From a virus, in the IMG/VR virus record IMGVR_UViG_3300045988_039638: a stretch of 32,357 bases of DNA; one strand, 5' to 3'. Below, piece after piece: positions 14,920 through 23,454 of the stretch. Every line of letters begins with the position of its first letter. The first letter of the stretch is position 1. The position numbers and the translations under genes were made by a program. The notes under the pieces were generated by a model, which worked only from the letters and a program-made list of their open reading frames with translations, was not told the origin of the DNA and did no database searches.

Positions 14920-16362
14920 TTAATAAAATACTTTTTGCTTCTTCTTTCTGCTATATTTCTTGCAAGCCCATAATGCAAGAATAGTAGAATCAAGCAGTGT
15001 AATATCTACATCGTCCATAATTGATCTATAGCCAAAGCCTCCGTTTGTTCCAATGGCTCGTTTCTCAGAGTTGGTCGCAACCTGTCTCAGTGAAGGCTGT
15101 CCAAAATGACACAACGTGCCATCATTGATAGACTTTTCAAATAAAGCATTCGCTTCAATAACATTTTTAACAGTTGGGAGTGTAACAGGTATCTTGATAT
15201 TAGCGTCTTTTAAATTGTCCTTAAGGACGGCTTGACCGTTTGCACCGTCCACGACAATGCGCTTTACATCTGCTTTCCTCAAGAAATTAATAATCCAATC
15301 GTTGCCATCTTTTACCGCTTTTCTGTTGACTACATCAACAAGGACTCGTTTTCCTTCTGTTTGGCAAGCAACGGACATTGAAACGCTATTACCGTCTTTA
15401 GCATACTTTATTCCTACGTATAATTTGCCTGTTAGACGTGGTACTTCTTCAACTTTTAGGTTATCCCATTCCTTTTCAAGGATTGCTGATTTTTGATTGT
15501 ATTTCAGCCATAAGCCGAGCCTCTGTATATTGAAGTCTACTTCGTCACTTGAATCTTCGGAAGCGACAGAACGTTCCTTTAATGTCTGGCCTAATGACGG
15601 ATTGCACATATACCATATGTTCTTGTCTTTAACATCTGACATTTTATCGACTGACCATTCTGCCCAACCGCAATTTTCAGCCTGTCCACTCAAACATGAC
15701 TCCCTCAACTTCTCGAAAACAGTTCCGCTCGAAACGGCTGTCGGAGGTGTTCCACACATGATAGTTTGAGGGTTGTTTGATGATGTAACGACATACTGCA
15801 ATGTTGACTGCTGTTCGTCTGTATACTCCTGTGCTTCGTCAATAATGAGCAAGTCGAAACCTTCACCCAAGCCACCTTTGCTTGTTCTTGTACGAAAGTT
15901 GATAGTCCCTTCTAACTCATCTAGAATCGTGATTGTTTCTAATCCATACTGCGCTGTTGCAGTATAAGCCTTGTTATATGTTTTTGTCTTATCTGCCCTT
16001 TTGACTTCTTCAAAGCCATTTTCGTCTAGCACCTTCTTGAGTTTTTCCCATGACGCATGGGACGTTGGTGTTCTGTGTGCGGTATGTAATATACGCTCAC
16101 CGTGCAACAATCCCCAAAGTTCCCTCATAACGAGTAACTCGGACTTCCCATTTCTTCTAGGTATTGAATAGCCGTATTTCATGTGTAGCCATTGTCCTTC
16201 ATCATCAATAGCCATGATGTCCACCATCTGTACTTCTTGCCATTCCATGGCTGTATTTTTTGTGTTGTTATATAGGTCTATAGCCTCTTGTCCGAGACTT
16301 TTTTTATATGGAATGATGTAACTATTTGTAGGAGTTTGTTGTCCTATTCTTTTTTCTGACAT
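14920..16362 (-). CDS. terL: Terminase large subunit
   Basis: 480 aa. It has a Walker A-like PRRNGKSEL, a Walker B LLIIDEAQEY, and a C-terminal nuclease-type region with acidic motifs (VVDGANGQ). Confidence 0.85.
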   Translation of the reverse strand: MSEKRIGQQTPTNSYIIPYKKSLGQEAIDLYNNTKNTAMEWQEVQMVDIMAIDDEGQWLHMKYGYSIPRRNGKSELLVMRELWGLLHGERILHTAHRTPTSHASWEKLKKVLDENGFEEVKRADKTKTYNKAYTATAQYGLETITILDELEGTINFRTRTSKGGLGEGFDLLIIDEAQEYTDEQQSTLQYVVTSSNNPQTIMCGTPPTAVSSGTVFEKLRESCLSGQAENCGWAEWSVDKMSDVKDKNIWYMCNPSLGQTLKERSVASEDSSDEVDFNIQRLGLWLKYNQKSAILEKEWDNLKVEEVPRLTGKLYVGIKYAKDGNSVSMSVACQTEGKRVLVDVVNRKAVKDGNDWIINFLRKADVKRIVVDGANGQAVLKDNLKDANIKIPVTLPTVKNVIEANALFEKSINDGTLCHFGQPSLRQVATNSEKRAIGTNGGFGYRSIMDDVDITLLDSTILALWACKKYSRKKKQKVFY

Positions 16363-16443
16363 ATTACTACCCTCCTACATTGTCAATTTTTTGGTATCAA
16401 ACAATCAATTGACACCACCTCGCTTTGCTGAAAAGTGTTATAT

Positions 16444-17394
16444 TTATTTGTTTAGTTTCTGAGCCTGCTCTATTCTTTCTTTAGCAATGTTAAAATAATT
16501 TTCATCTTTTTCAATTCCAATGAAGTTTCTATTTGTATGCATACAAGCAACACCTGTCGAGCCACTGCCCATTGTGAAATCTAAAACCGTGTCACCCTCA
16601 TTGCTAAATGTCTTTAATAAGTCTTCTAATAGTTCCGTTGATTTCTGTGTTGGGTGAACCGACTTGTTAGGAGACGGCTTTGCATACTGAAAAACATTAC
16701 TCTTAGAGTTTGCTCCGTTCAAATTGAATGTAGATGGATAATCTACTTTTTTAGCGTTCTTTATTTCTTCGTAAGGCTTTTTGAAATATCCTGTTTCTTG
16801 TAACTTCTTGTAATACTTTTCAGTCGGAATAGCAAATTGTTTGCCGTTTCCAAAATAATGGTTTGCCATGCGTGAACACCCTAATAATTTATTAATCTGT
16901 GCCGTTGTCAATCCTGTTTTTTTATATTCTTCTTTAAGATAGGTTCTTACGTTGCTTTCTGCATATACTTTATCGCCGTAAACCTTCTTTTTGAATAAAA
17001 GCATAGCCTCTATATACTGCAAACAATTCTTTTTTGCTCCTAAAATGTTACCAGGGGAGTTTTTTAACCAATACATAGGATACGAAAAAGGCAAGTCAAC
17101 AGTCTGTTTAGTGATTAGTTCGCTTGCATACGGCTCTTGAGAAAACAATATACATTTGCCATTTGGCCTGAGTACTCGTGTACACTCCTCTAGCATTTTT
17201 TGAGTGTCTAAGGCAATATCCCATTTTCCTATTTTATTGAGACTCTTTTTGTTGCTTTTCTTGCCCGTGTCCTGTCCAAAATCTCCATGCATTGTGCCAA
17301 ATGGAGGGTCGCATAAAATCAAGTCTATAGAGTTATCCTTGATATTTTTAAATAACTCCATGCAGTCTCCTTTATGTAACAAACTATAAGCCAT
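16444..17394 (-). CDS. DNA methyltransferase (N6-adenine/N4-cytosine, beta-class order), with no restriction partner
   Basis: 316 aa. The catalytic motif LILCDPPFG is near the N-terminus. The SAM-binding motif VLDFTMGSGSTGVAC is near the C-terminus. Confidence 0.85.
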   Translation of the reverse strand: MAYSLLHKGDCMELFKNIKDNSIDLILCDPPFGTMHGDFGQDTGKKSNKKSLNKIGKWDIALDTQKMLEECTRVLRPNGKCILFSQEPYASELITKQTVDLPFSYPMYWLKNSPGNILGAKKNCLQYIEAMLLFKKKVYGDKVYAESNVRTYLKEEYKKTGLTTAQINKLLGCSRMANHYFGNGKQFAIPTEKYYKKLQETGYFKKPYEEIKNAKKVDYPSTFNLNGANSKSNVFQYAKPSPNKSVHPTQKSTELLEDLLKTFSNEGDTVLDFTMGSGSTGVACMHTNRNFIGIEKDENYFNIAKERIEQAQKLNK

Positions 17395-17409
17395 TATTGC
17401 TTAGCCCTC

Positions 17410-18084
17410 CTAAATTAATGTTTTTCTATGCACCCACACTGTGCATTTACAACGTTTATGACGCTTAAATATCGTATTATCCATGTCACTCGAATAGTCA
17501 TACGTACCCTCTATGCTTCTACACCATTTACAAGCACCGTTATCTGCTTTTCTTTCGACAACCTCATAATAACCGAGGTTATTTAAGAATCTAGCGTTTT
17601 CTTTTATTGTATCGTCAACGTTTGATAGCGAATAATTTTCGATAGTGTCTGCAAGTTCTGCTTGCGTGCTCTCGAACTTGTCCGCTCTTGAGAACTCTGA
17701 ACAAATACCCTCTATCCTGTCTGTGTTACATTTTGCAACCCTACCTTTGAACGGTATATCGTCCTTTTTGTTTAGCATTGTTTGAACGTCCTTTGCATAG
17801 TTAGTTACTAATGCATGGTTGTTCTTGAGCAAAGGAGTTAAAACACTCTCGGCAATATGATAGTATAACTTCCCATTTGGAAGTGTTCCTTCTGTCATAT
17901 TCTTTTTGATTGCATAATTTAAAAAGTCGCTCACTTTCTGTGCGAATTGGTACGAATCCATATGAGAAGCCGTGCCGTTATCTATCTTTAGAATTAGTTT
18001 GTTGATTGCTTTAGAGGACTTATATTTCTTTTCAAAGTCTTTTATTACTGCATTCAGAATGTCTTGTGATACATCATTATTCAT
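17410..18084 (-). CDS. Minor head protein (SPP1 gp7 / Mu F-like)
   Basis: 224 aa, immediately after the portal gene. The C-terminus carries CKWC...HKRCKCTV, resembling the HxxCxC end of the Mu F family. Confidence 0.7.
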   Translation of the reverse strand: MNNDVSQDILNAVIKDFEKKYKSSKAINKLILKIDNGTASHMDSYQFAQKVSDFLNYAIKKNMTEGTLPNGKLYYHIAESVLTPLLKNNHALVTNYAKDVQTMLNKKDDIPFKGRVAKCNTDRIEGICSEFSRADKFESTQAELADTIENYSLSNVDDTIKENARFLNNLGYYEVVERKADNGACKWCRSIEGTYDYSSDMDNTIFKRHKRCKCTVWVHRKTLI

Positions 18085-19390
18085 CTGCTAAATTGTCCTC
18101 GTTATCTTTAGTAGTTGTTCCTACATCATCAATCAACTTATTATAAATAGGAGTATCGTCTTTAGATGCTTCAATACCTGTCAAGTCTTCTAATGTGTTC
18201 TTGTCGAAGTAGTCTTCTACTGCTTGATTTATTTTAATTGCTCCGTCACCAATACCGCTAAGCATTGTTGCATCAATTTCAAATACAGGCTTCCATCTAA
18301 CTTTTAAATTGGCAAATTCTGAACGCTTAAACTGCATATTGCTTTCAAGCGACTTAGCCAAGAACGCTACATTAATAACACCTACTTCAAACGTCCTCTG
18401 TGCTGAGCGTGCCATAAGTCGCAATGTCTCATGGCTTGCTTTGATACCTTCTGCACTTGATGGGTTGGAACTAGGGAATCCCATATCGTCAAGGGTAAGC
18501 CCTGTTTCTCCTCCAAATAGTGAAGCAATGGTCTTTAACTGTTCGTTGTAAGGTGACATAGACTGCTGAACGAACTGCCCCACAGTCGGACTGTTTCCGT
18601 CCTCATCACGTGCGAATGCCATCATTGCACTCATGACCATTTGCCATTTGTCAAACGTATCTGTGTCGTTGTCAAGCCCTGTGACCCATTTCTGTGGGAA
18701 TGAATAGAACTGTGCAGAAACACTCATAAGCCTTAAGGTTTCCTTTGCATCATCTACATATTTAATAAGCGAATCAGTAATAAGGCTCTGTCCAAAAGGT
18801 CTAGTTGCATCAGGATTATAAACGACTGGAACTAGCAATGGATAATCAAGCACGTTTGGAATCTCTCCTGTTAATTGCCCGTCTTTATAATACTGAGTCT
18901 TCCCTTTAATGAAGTAGGCTTCCAAAGTTGGCAAACCTGTATAACTATCTCTTTCAAGTACTGCATATCCTTCTGTTAGCAGCATTGTAGATGTATCTAT
19001 AACACCTGTTGCATTATATCCATCAATTACTTGTAGTCTTGCCGTGCCGTCTGTATTTTTAGAGATATAGACAAAATCACATGATGAAATGATTGCGCCT
19101 TTAAACATTGTATTGAATAATACATCCCTGTTGTTTCTCATAAAAATATCATTGACCATTAATTCATCATCATTACCAAAGGAACTAAACTGTAATCTAT
19201 TGGTTAATGAATCTACGGCTTTAGGAATCCAACCAACCTTCTTTGTAATCTTCTGCATGTCCTTATTTTCAGTGATTGCTTGTGAGTTGTCCATCTTGTC
19301 TTTTTGCTTGTAGTACTTATAACAGCGTGCCACTCTTGTTTGTTTGTCTTTAAGTAAACTCCTTAAATAATCAATACCTTTGTAATCCAT
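18077..19390 (-). CDS. Portal protein (SPP1 gp6-like)
   Basis: 437 aa with an acidic C-terminus, followed by the MuF-like gene. The internal RPFGQSLI-type motif resembles this family as I recall it. Confidence 0.8.
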   Translation of the reverse strand: MDYKGIDYLRSLLKDKQTRVARCYKYYKQKDKMDNSQAITENKDMQKITKKVGWIPKAVDSLTNRLQFSSFGNDDELMVNDIFMRNNRDVLFNTMFKGAIISSCDFVYISKNTDGTARLQVIDGYNATGVIDTSTMLLTEGYAVLERDSYTGLPTLEAYFIKGKTQYYKDGQLTGEIPNVLDYPLLVPVVYNPDATRPFGQSLITDSLIKYVDDAKETLRLMSVSAQFYSFPQKWVTGLDNDTDTFDKWQMVMSAMMAFARDEDGNSPTVGQFVQQSMSPYNEQLKTIASLFGGETGLTLDDMGFPSSNPSSAEGIKASHETLRLMARSAQRTFEVGVINVAFLAKSLESNMQFKRSEFANLKVRWKPVFEIDATMLSGIGDGAIKINQAVEDYFDKNTLEDLTGIEASKDDTPIYNKLIDDVGTTTKDNEDNLADE

Positions 19391-19590
19391 AAAAACCCCC
19401 TAAATTTAGCGTATAAGCGTTGTTTTAAGCGTTGCTTATGCCTCTTCATAATATTGTTAAAAGCCTCTTAAATAGGCTATTTTTCGCATTTAGCGATATT
19501 TTTACGAGAAATCTGTATAGACGACGTGAACCTCTGAGTCAAAATACCCATGGGATACCCTAGCCCCTAATTTTATATGGTAAAATTAGA
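19391..19590 (-). other. Non-coding gap between HNH and portal; candidate packaging (cos/pac) region
   Basis: 200 bp with no ORF. A locally GC-richer block reads gacgacgtgaacctctgagtcaaaatacccatgggataccctagcccc. It contains the direct repeat ATACCC twice (19544-19549, 19555-19560) and the palindrome CCCATGGG (19547-19554). There is also a tandem TAAGCGTTG repeat. Confidence 0.35.
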
Positions 19591-19968
19591 CTAAGAACCC
19601 TTATAATTTTTCCAGTCTATTTTGTGTGGTAAGTCATTATTGCCTATTTCTGTATCATACTTTACAGTCACTCGTCTAAATAGTTTGTCGCTCTTCTCTC
19701 GATTGCATATCCAGTGAGCCAATTGCAAGTTGTCAATGTCGCTTGGATGGCCACCTTTTGCAATCGGTATTATATGGTCTATACATGGAGACATAGGGTG
19801 AGGATACTTCTTAGTGAAGTCAACAGGCTTGCCACATATGCCGCATACTGTCTGTGTGGCGAGTATCTTCTTTTTATTGACTGCAAATTGTCTTCTGTGG
19901 GCGCTTATCTGTTGGTCTGGTCTGTTCCCTCTAGGCATCATTATCACCTCTCTAATCGTCTGTATCAA
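19591..19968 (-). CDS. HNH endonuclease
   Basis: 125 aa. Motifs are CGICGKPVD...IDHIIPIAKGGHPSDIDNLQLAHWICNREKSDK. Confidence 0.9.
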   Translation of the reverse strand: MIQTIREVIMMPRGNRPDQQISAHRRQFAVNKKKILATQTVCGICGKPVDFTKKYPHPMSPCIDHIIPIAKGGHPSDIDNLQLAHWICNREKSDKLFRRVTVKYDTEIGNNDLPHKIDWKNYKGS

Positions 19969-20152
19969 GCGAATATGTTAGTTCTTCCGCATTCTCATCG
20001 TGTGGTTCAAACGAATATTCATAGTCTTGATAGCCACAAATCATACATCGCATAACATCTATAATCTCATCACGGTTCTTCTTTTTGTCATATACTCTAA
20101 TGCGATGGTCTGTATAAAATTGGTGCCTGTGTGGCCTTAACCCCTTAGCCAT
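19952..20152 (-). CDS. Hypothetical protein (66 aa)
   Basis: Track ORF and the first gene after the terminator at 20178-20205. The RBS is AAGAAGG. Confidence 0.55.
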   Translation of the reverse strand: MAKGLRPHRHQFYTDHRIRVYDKKKNRDEIIDVMRCMICGYQDYEYSFEPHDENAEELTYSLDTDD

Positions 20153-20177
20153 TGCAATACCTTCTTTCTTTACTGCA

Positions 20178-20205
20178 TAATAAAAGAGTACTCTAACAAG
20201 TACTC
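20178..20205 (-). terminator. Rho-independent terminator between the late regulator and the late operon
   Basis: Minus strand: GAGTACT, loop tgttag, AGTACTC, followed by TTTTATTAT. Confidence 0.7.
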
Positions 20206-20294
20206 CTTATATTTATATATTTTCTACTTTACCATATTATCATATATTGACGTATGTTGTAAGTCTAAACAATACTTAATAGCACTATGTAACA

Positions 20295-20657
20295 CTAAAT
20301 AATATGGCTTAATTCTTCGATAGCATTATGACTTAGTTCTTTGATGTGTGATATAGAACACTGCATGACGTCTGCAACCTCATAGAAGTTAAGGCAGCAG
20401 ACATATCTATAGAATAATACATCTCTATATTGTATGTTCTCTAACTCTTCTATATTGTTTCTAATCTCTGTCATCTGCTCTTCGTATTTATCCTTCATCA
20501 GAATAAAGTCATTGTTGGTTTTATACTCACCGTTTGAACCGTGAACCTCTCCATAATTAATAGAGTGTACACCAATTAGAACGTTGTCTAAATATTCGAC
20601 CCTGTTTTTCATATTCTTATAACTTCTTAAATAGTCTCTAGTCTGTTCGAATGTCAA
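20295..20657 (-). CDS. Late transcriptional regulator, ArpU/RinA/sigma-70 region-4-like
   Basis: 120 aa with a TTG start after AAAGGAGTGG. The N-terminus reads DYLRSYKNMKNRVEYL. The C-terminus YRDVLFYRYVCCLNFYEVADVMQCSISHIKELSHNAIEEL looks like a sigma region-4 HTH. It lies directly upstream of the structural genes. Confidence 0.65.
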   Translation of the reverse strand: MTFEQTRDYLRSYKNMKNRVEYLDNVLIGVHSINYGEVHGSNGEYKTNNDFILMKDKYEEQMTEIRNNIEELENIQYRDVLFYRYVCCLNFYEVADVMQCSISHIKELSHNAIEELSHII

Positions 20658-20675
20658 TTAAAACCACTCCTTTAT

Positions 20676-20741
20676 TTATGCAGTTAAATAAATCCATAGT
20701 AATACTAATAACGTGAGTACCAAGCAAGCAATAATATTCAT
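20676..20741 (-). CDS. 21-aa fully hydrophobic peptide (MNIIACLVLTLLVLLWIYLTA)
   Basis: This ORF is not in the track. A strong RBS (GAGGAGTG) lies 7 nt upstream of ATG 20741. Its stop is 18 nt upstream of the regulator's start. Confidence 0.4.
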   Translation of the reverse strand: MNIIACLVLTLLVLLWIYLTA

Positions 20742-20954
20742 GTTGTTTCACTCCTCTCTATTAATATAAAAGAATCTGTACTGCTCTTTACTCTACCTTT
20801 ACTTCTTATAGGTTTTCAATTGCAATACAGATTCATGAGTGCCATTGAATCAATGAGATAGTAGAAAAGAATCCATTGGAGGCATTTTATAAATAGATTT
20901 TCTTGTTTAATTTTCTTATTGTTTAAATATATATAAGAATCCAATGGCACATAT

Positions 20955-21680
20955 TTATCTAATAAATTCTTTCTGTACGAACTGCACTAAATCAACATAT
21001 TCTTCATATCTTGTCTTTTTTGTAGTGTCTTCTTCTGTTGATACAATCATATTCTTATGACTTCTTGTTCTGTAAATGCAGATTACTTTTTGAATATCAT
21101 AATTATTACCATCGTACCAAAATGACCCTACACTCTTTTTAGCCTTAAATTTCTTGAGATATTCAAAGCGTTCTTCTGCTAGTTTCTTGTCATAAAAGTG
21201 TTCTGTAAAAATAACGCTTCTTGTCTTGTCTCTACCTCTGAAATTAATCCTATAAGGGAATCCGTCTTCGAAAGACTTTCCATCAAGTTCGATTGTTACC
21301 CTGTTTAGGTTGATAATCGAAAAGTGTTTTCTCATGTAATCCATTTCTTCATTGTTTCTAGGCTTTCTAAATATTTTGAAAACCTCTACCATATTTGAAG
21401 GCTTTATTGAGTTGCACTTACTGTTTAAAAACTTTGAGTTTCTCTTTTTAAGTTCTACAGCAAATGGAACATCTTCAACCACTCCATCTTTATATTTTAT
21501 TAATAAACTTATGTCATACTTTAAAACAGAAAAAGCCGTTCCTTTTGCAACATGAGCCTTTATAATATCATCACTAGCCTTGAAGTAGTTTGATATTGAA
21601 AAACAACTTCCACATCCTAAAAATTCGTTAGTATCTGCATTATATACATAATACGTTCCTTTTCTGTTCCATTTTGCCAT
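20955..21680 (-). CDS. Hypothetical protein (241 aa)
   Basis: Track ORF. No motif was recognised. Confidence 0.7.
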   Translation of the reverse strand: MAKWNRKGTYYVYNADTNEFLGCGSCFSISNYFKASDDIIKAHVAKGTAFSVLKYDISLLIKYKDGVVEDVPFAVELKKRNSKFLNSKCNSIKPSNMVEVFKIFRKPRNNEEMDYMRKHFSIINLNRVTIELDGKSFEDGFPYRINFRGRDKTRSVIFTEHFYDKKLAEERFEYLKKFKAKKSVGSFWYDGNNYDIQKVICIYRTRSHKNMIVSTEEDTTKKTRYEEYVDLVQFVQKEFIR

Positions 21681-21684
21681 TTTT

Positions 21685-22020
21685 CTATGTCTCCTTTATA
21701 GTAACCTTGTATTTATATTCAAATAGTTTCTTTTTTAATTTATATATTTCTGTCTTTCTTCCTTTTACATCTTCTACAACTTTTTGTCCGTTTTTATAAT
21801 AGACAAAATCTGCTATATACCTTATATTTCTTCTTCTTCTCTTTTTTCCGTCTATTTCGATTGTAAATGACGGTACAAGTTCGAAGGGTACTTGTAGCCT
21901 TAAATCGGTTATTTCCCCTTCTTCTTGCTTCTTTTTAAGTTCTACGTACCTTTTAGCCTCTTTTTTAGAATCGAATGTTATATCATCAATGACTGTCTTT
22001 CTTGAATTGTATTTACTCAT
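21685..22020 (-). CDS. DUF1064-family protein (PD-(D/E)XK-like putative resolvase)
   Basis: 111 aa. The pattern SKYNSRKTVIDDITFDSKKEAKRYVELK...YIADFVYY...VEDVKG matches DUF1064 as I recall it. Confidence 0.7.
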   Translation of the reverse strand: MSKYNSRKTVIDDITFDSKKEAKRYVELKKKQEEGEITDLRLQVPFELVPSFTIEIDGKKRRRRNIRYIADFVYYKNGQKVVEDVKGRKTEIYKLKKKLFEYKYKVTIKET

Positions 22021-22022
22021 GC

Positions 22023-22457
22023 TTAGAATTGAATATCGCTTTCATCAAGTTCAAAATCATTGATTAGTGGTTCATTAGGTACATATGCTTCTGACTTCTT
22101 CTGTTCCTGTTTTGGTGCTTCTGCCTGTATGTTTATATTTTTCTTAGTTTCTATAAACTGCACACTATCAGCAACAACTTCAGTAACAAATACTTTCTGT
22201 CCTTGATTGTTTTCATACGTTCTTGTTTGTAATCTTCCATCTACAGAAACAAGCGAACCTTTACTGCAATAATTAGCCGTATTTTCTGCAACCTTTCCCC
22301 ACGCAACAATGCTTGGGAAGTCCGATTCCTGCCCGTCTCCTGTCTTGAAATTTCTATTTACTGCTAATGTAAAACTTGCTACGGCTTTTCCACTACTTGT
22401 CCTTCTTAACTCTGCATCCTTTGTAAGTCTACCTACAAGTGCAGCTCTATTCAACAT
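22023..22457 (-). CDS. ssb: Single-stranded DNA-binding protein
   Basis: 144 aa. The OB-fold N-terminus reads [35 protein letters not shown]. The acidic C-terminal tip reads DESDIQF. Confidence 0.9.
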   Translation of the reverse strand: MLNRAALVGRLTKDAELRRTSSGKAVASFTLAVNRNFKTGDGQESDFPSIVAWGKVAENTANYCSKGSLVSVDGRLQTRTYENNQGQKVFVTEVVADSVQFIETKKNINIQAEAPKQEQKKSEAYVPNEPLINDFELDESDIQF

Positions 22458-22755
22458 CTTTGTTTCCTCCTAATTTATTTAATAGTTCTTTAAACATATC
22501 CTCTACATAGTAAACACAAACTTCTATAGCATAGTTGTATGCTTCATCTCTTTCATCACCTTCAATGCGAACCTTTTTATCATTCAACGTGTCAACAATT
22601 TTCTTTTCTAAATTTTCAATGGTCTCTTTGTATTCATCTTTATTGTCTTCTATTTCTTCGTTTAAGTCATCAACCTCATTTTCCAACTGCTCTAGTTTGT
22701 ATTGGAGGTCTGTTACTATTTCTTCGTGTAGTTCCATTCCTATTGTATTGCTCAT
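22447..22755 (-). CDS. Highly acidic coiled-coil protein (102 aa)
   Basis: Track ORF with many D/E residues ([20 protein letters not shown]...). Confidence 0.65.
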   Translation of the reverse strand: MSNTIGMELHEEIVTDLQYKLEQLENEVDDLNEEIEDNKDEYKETIENLEKKIVDTLNDKKVRIEGDERDEAYNYAIEVCVYYVEDMFKELLNKLGGNKDVE

Positions 22756-22967
22756 GGCCTTTCCCCTTTTCTTTTATCAAAAAGTTTGACAGTAACAACA
22801 CCTTCTTGAGGGTTTGCGACGTATCCAATAATATAATATTTTTCTTTAAACTCCTCTAAGTCGTTCATAAACTGTTTATAATTGTAATATTCCATCCTTT
22901 TAATTACGTATCCATTTTGGAATGTCTTTGTCTCGTAAACACTCATAATCAAATTATACCTATTCAT
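22752..22967 (-). CDS. Hypothetical protein (71 aa)
   Basis: Track ORF with operon-style overlaps on both sides. Confidence 0.6.
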   Translation of the reverse strand: MNRYNLIMSVYETKTFQNGYVIKRMEYYNYKQFMNDLEEFKEKYYIIGYVANPQEGVVTVKLFDKRKGERP

Positions 22968-23454
22968 CTACTGTCTTATGGATAACTATATTATTGTCAA
23001 TAACCCTACAATTTTTCAAAATGTAATTGATTGAATAAGGTTCTTTGTCTTCAGATTTAACAAATTGAAATAATTCGTTAAATACGTTTAAATGGTCGGT
23101 GCTACCATAACAGTTCCAGACATTGTTTAATTTATCTGGCTTATTATGATATACACCTAAGAAACCGCTTTTATCTCTTGCGATATACATATATTTTGCA
23201 TTATCTGCTAGGTATTTAAGAATTTTATATTCAAGTTCTGTAAGAATGATAGGCTTTTCGTACTCGGATAAGAGCCAATTATAGCGTCCATTGTTGCAAA
23301 ATTTATAGCCATTAAAGGCACAATTTTCGCATTTTACATCTATGCAATCGCAAAACGTCATATTTTGTTTATCAAAAGCGGTATACCATAGTTTGCCCGC
23401 ATCATTTAATGATTTTAGTTCATCTTTATATTTTTCTGCGTTAATCACTTTCAA
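22960..23454 (-). CDS. Hypothetical protein, paralog B (Cys-rich N-terminus plus shared C-terminal domain)
   Basis: 164 aa from a TTG start; GTG at 23448 is the better-spaced start. The C-terminal ~85 aa align with the C-terminus of 23441..23950. Confidence 0.7.
   Translation of the reverse strand: MKVINAEKYKDELKSLNDAGKLWYTAFDKQNMTFCDCIDVKCENCAFNGYKFCNNGRYNWLLSEYEKPIILTELEYKILKYLADNAKYMYIARDKSGFLGVYHNKPDKLNNVWNCYGSTDHLNVFNELFQFVKSEDKEPYSINYILKNCRVIDNNIVIHKTVDE

Noticed and set aside
14877-14993. The long N-terminal extension of the scaffold ORF given in the track.
   Set aside because: It overlaps the TerL 3' end and lacks an RBS. The internal ATG at 14876 has a consensus GGAGGA RBS and begins the typical scaffold sequence.
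16363-16443. The inverted repeat TGTCAATT...AATTGACA upstream of terL, considered as a promoter or pac site.
   Set aside because: The TTGACA box has no room for a -10 before the RBS. It may be a weak terminator or attenuator after the methyltransferase gene, but there is too little evidence for a call.
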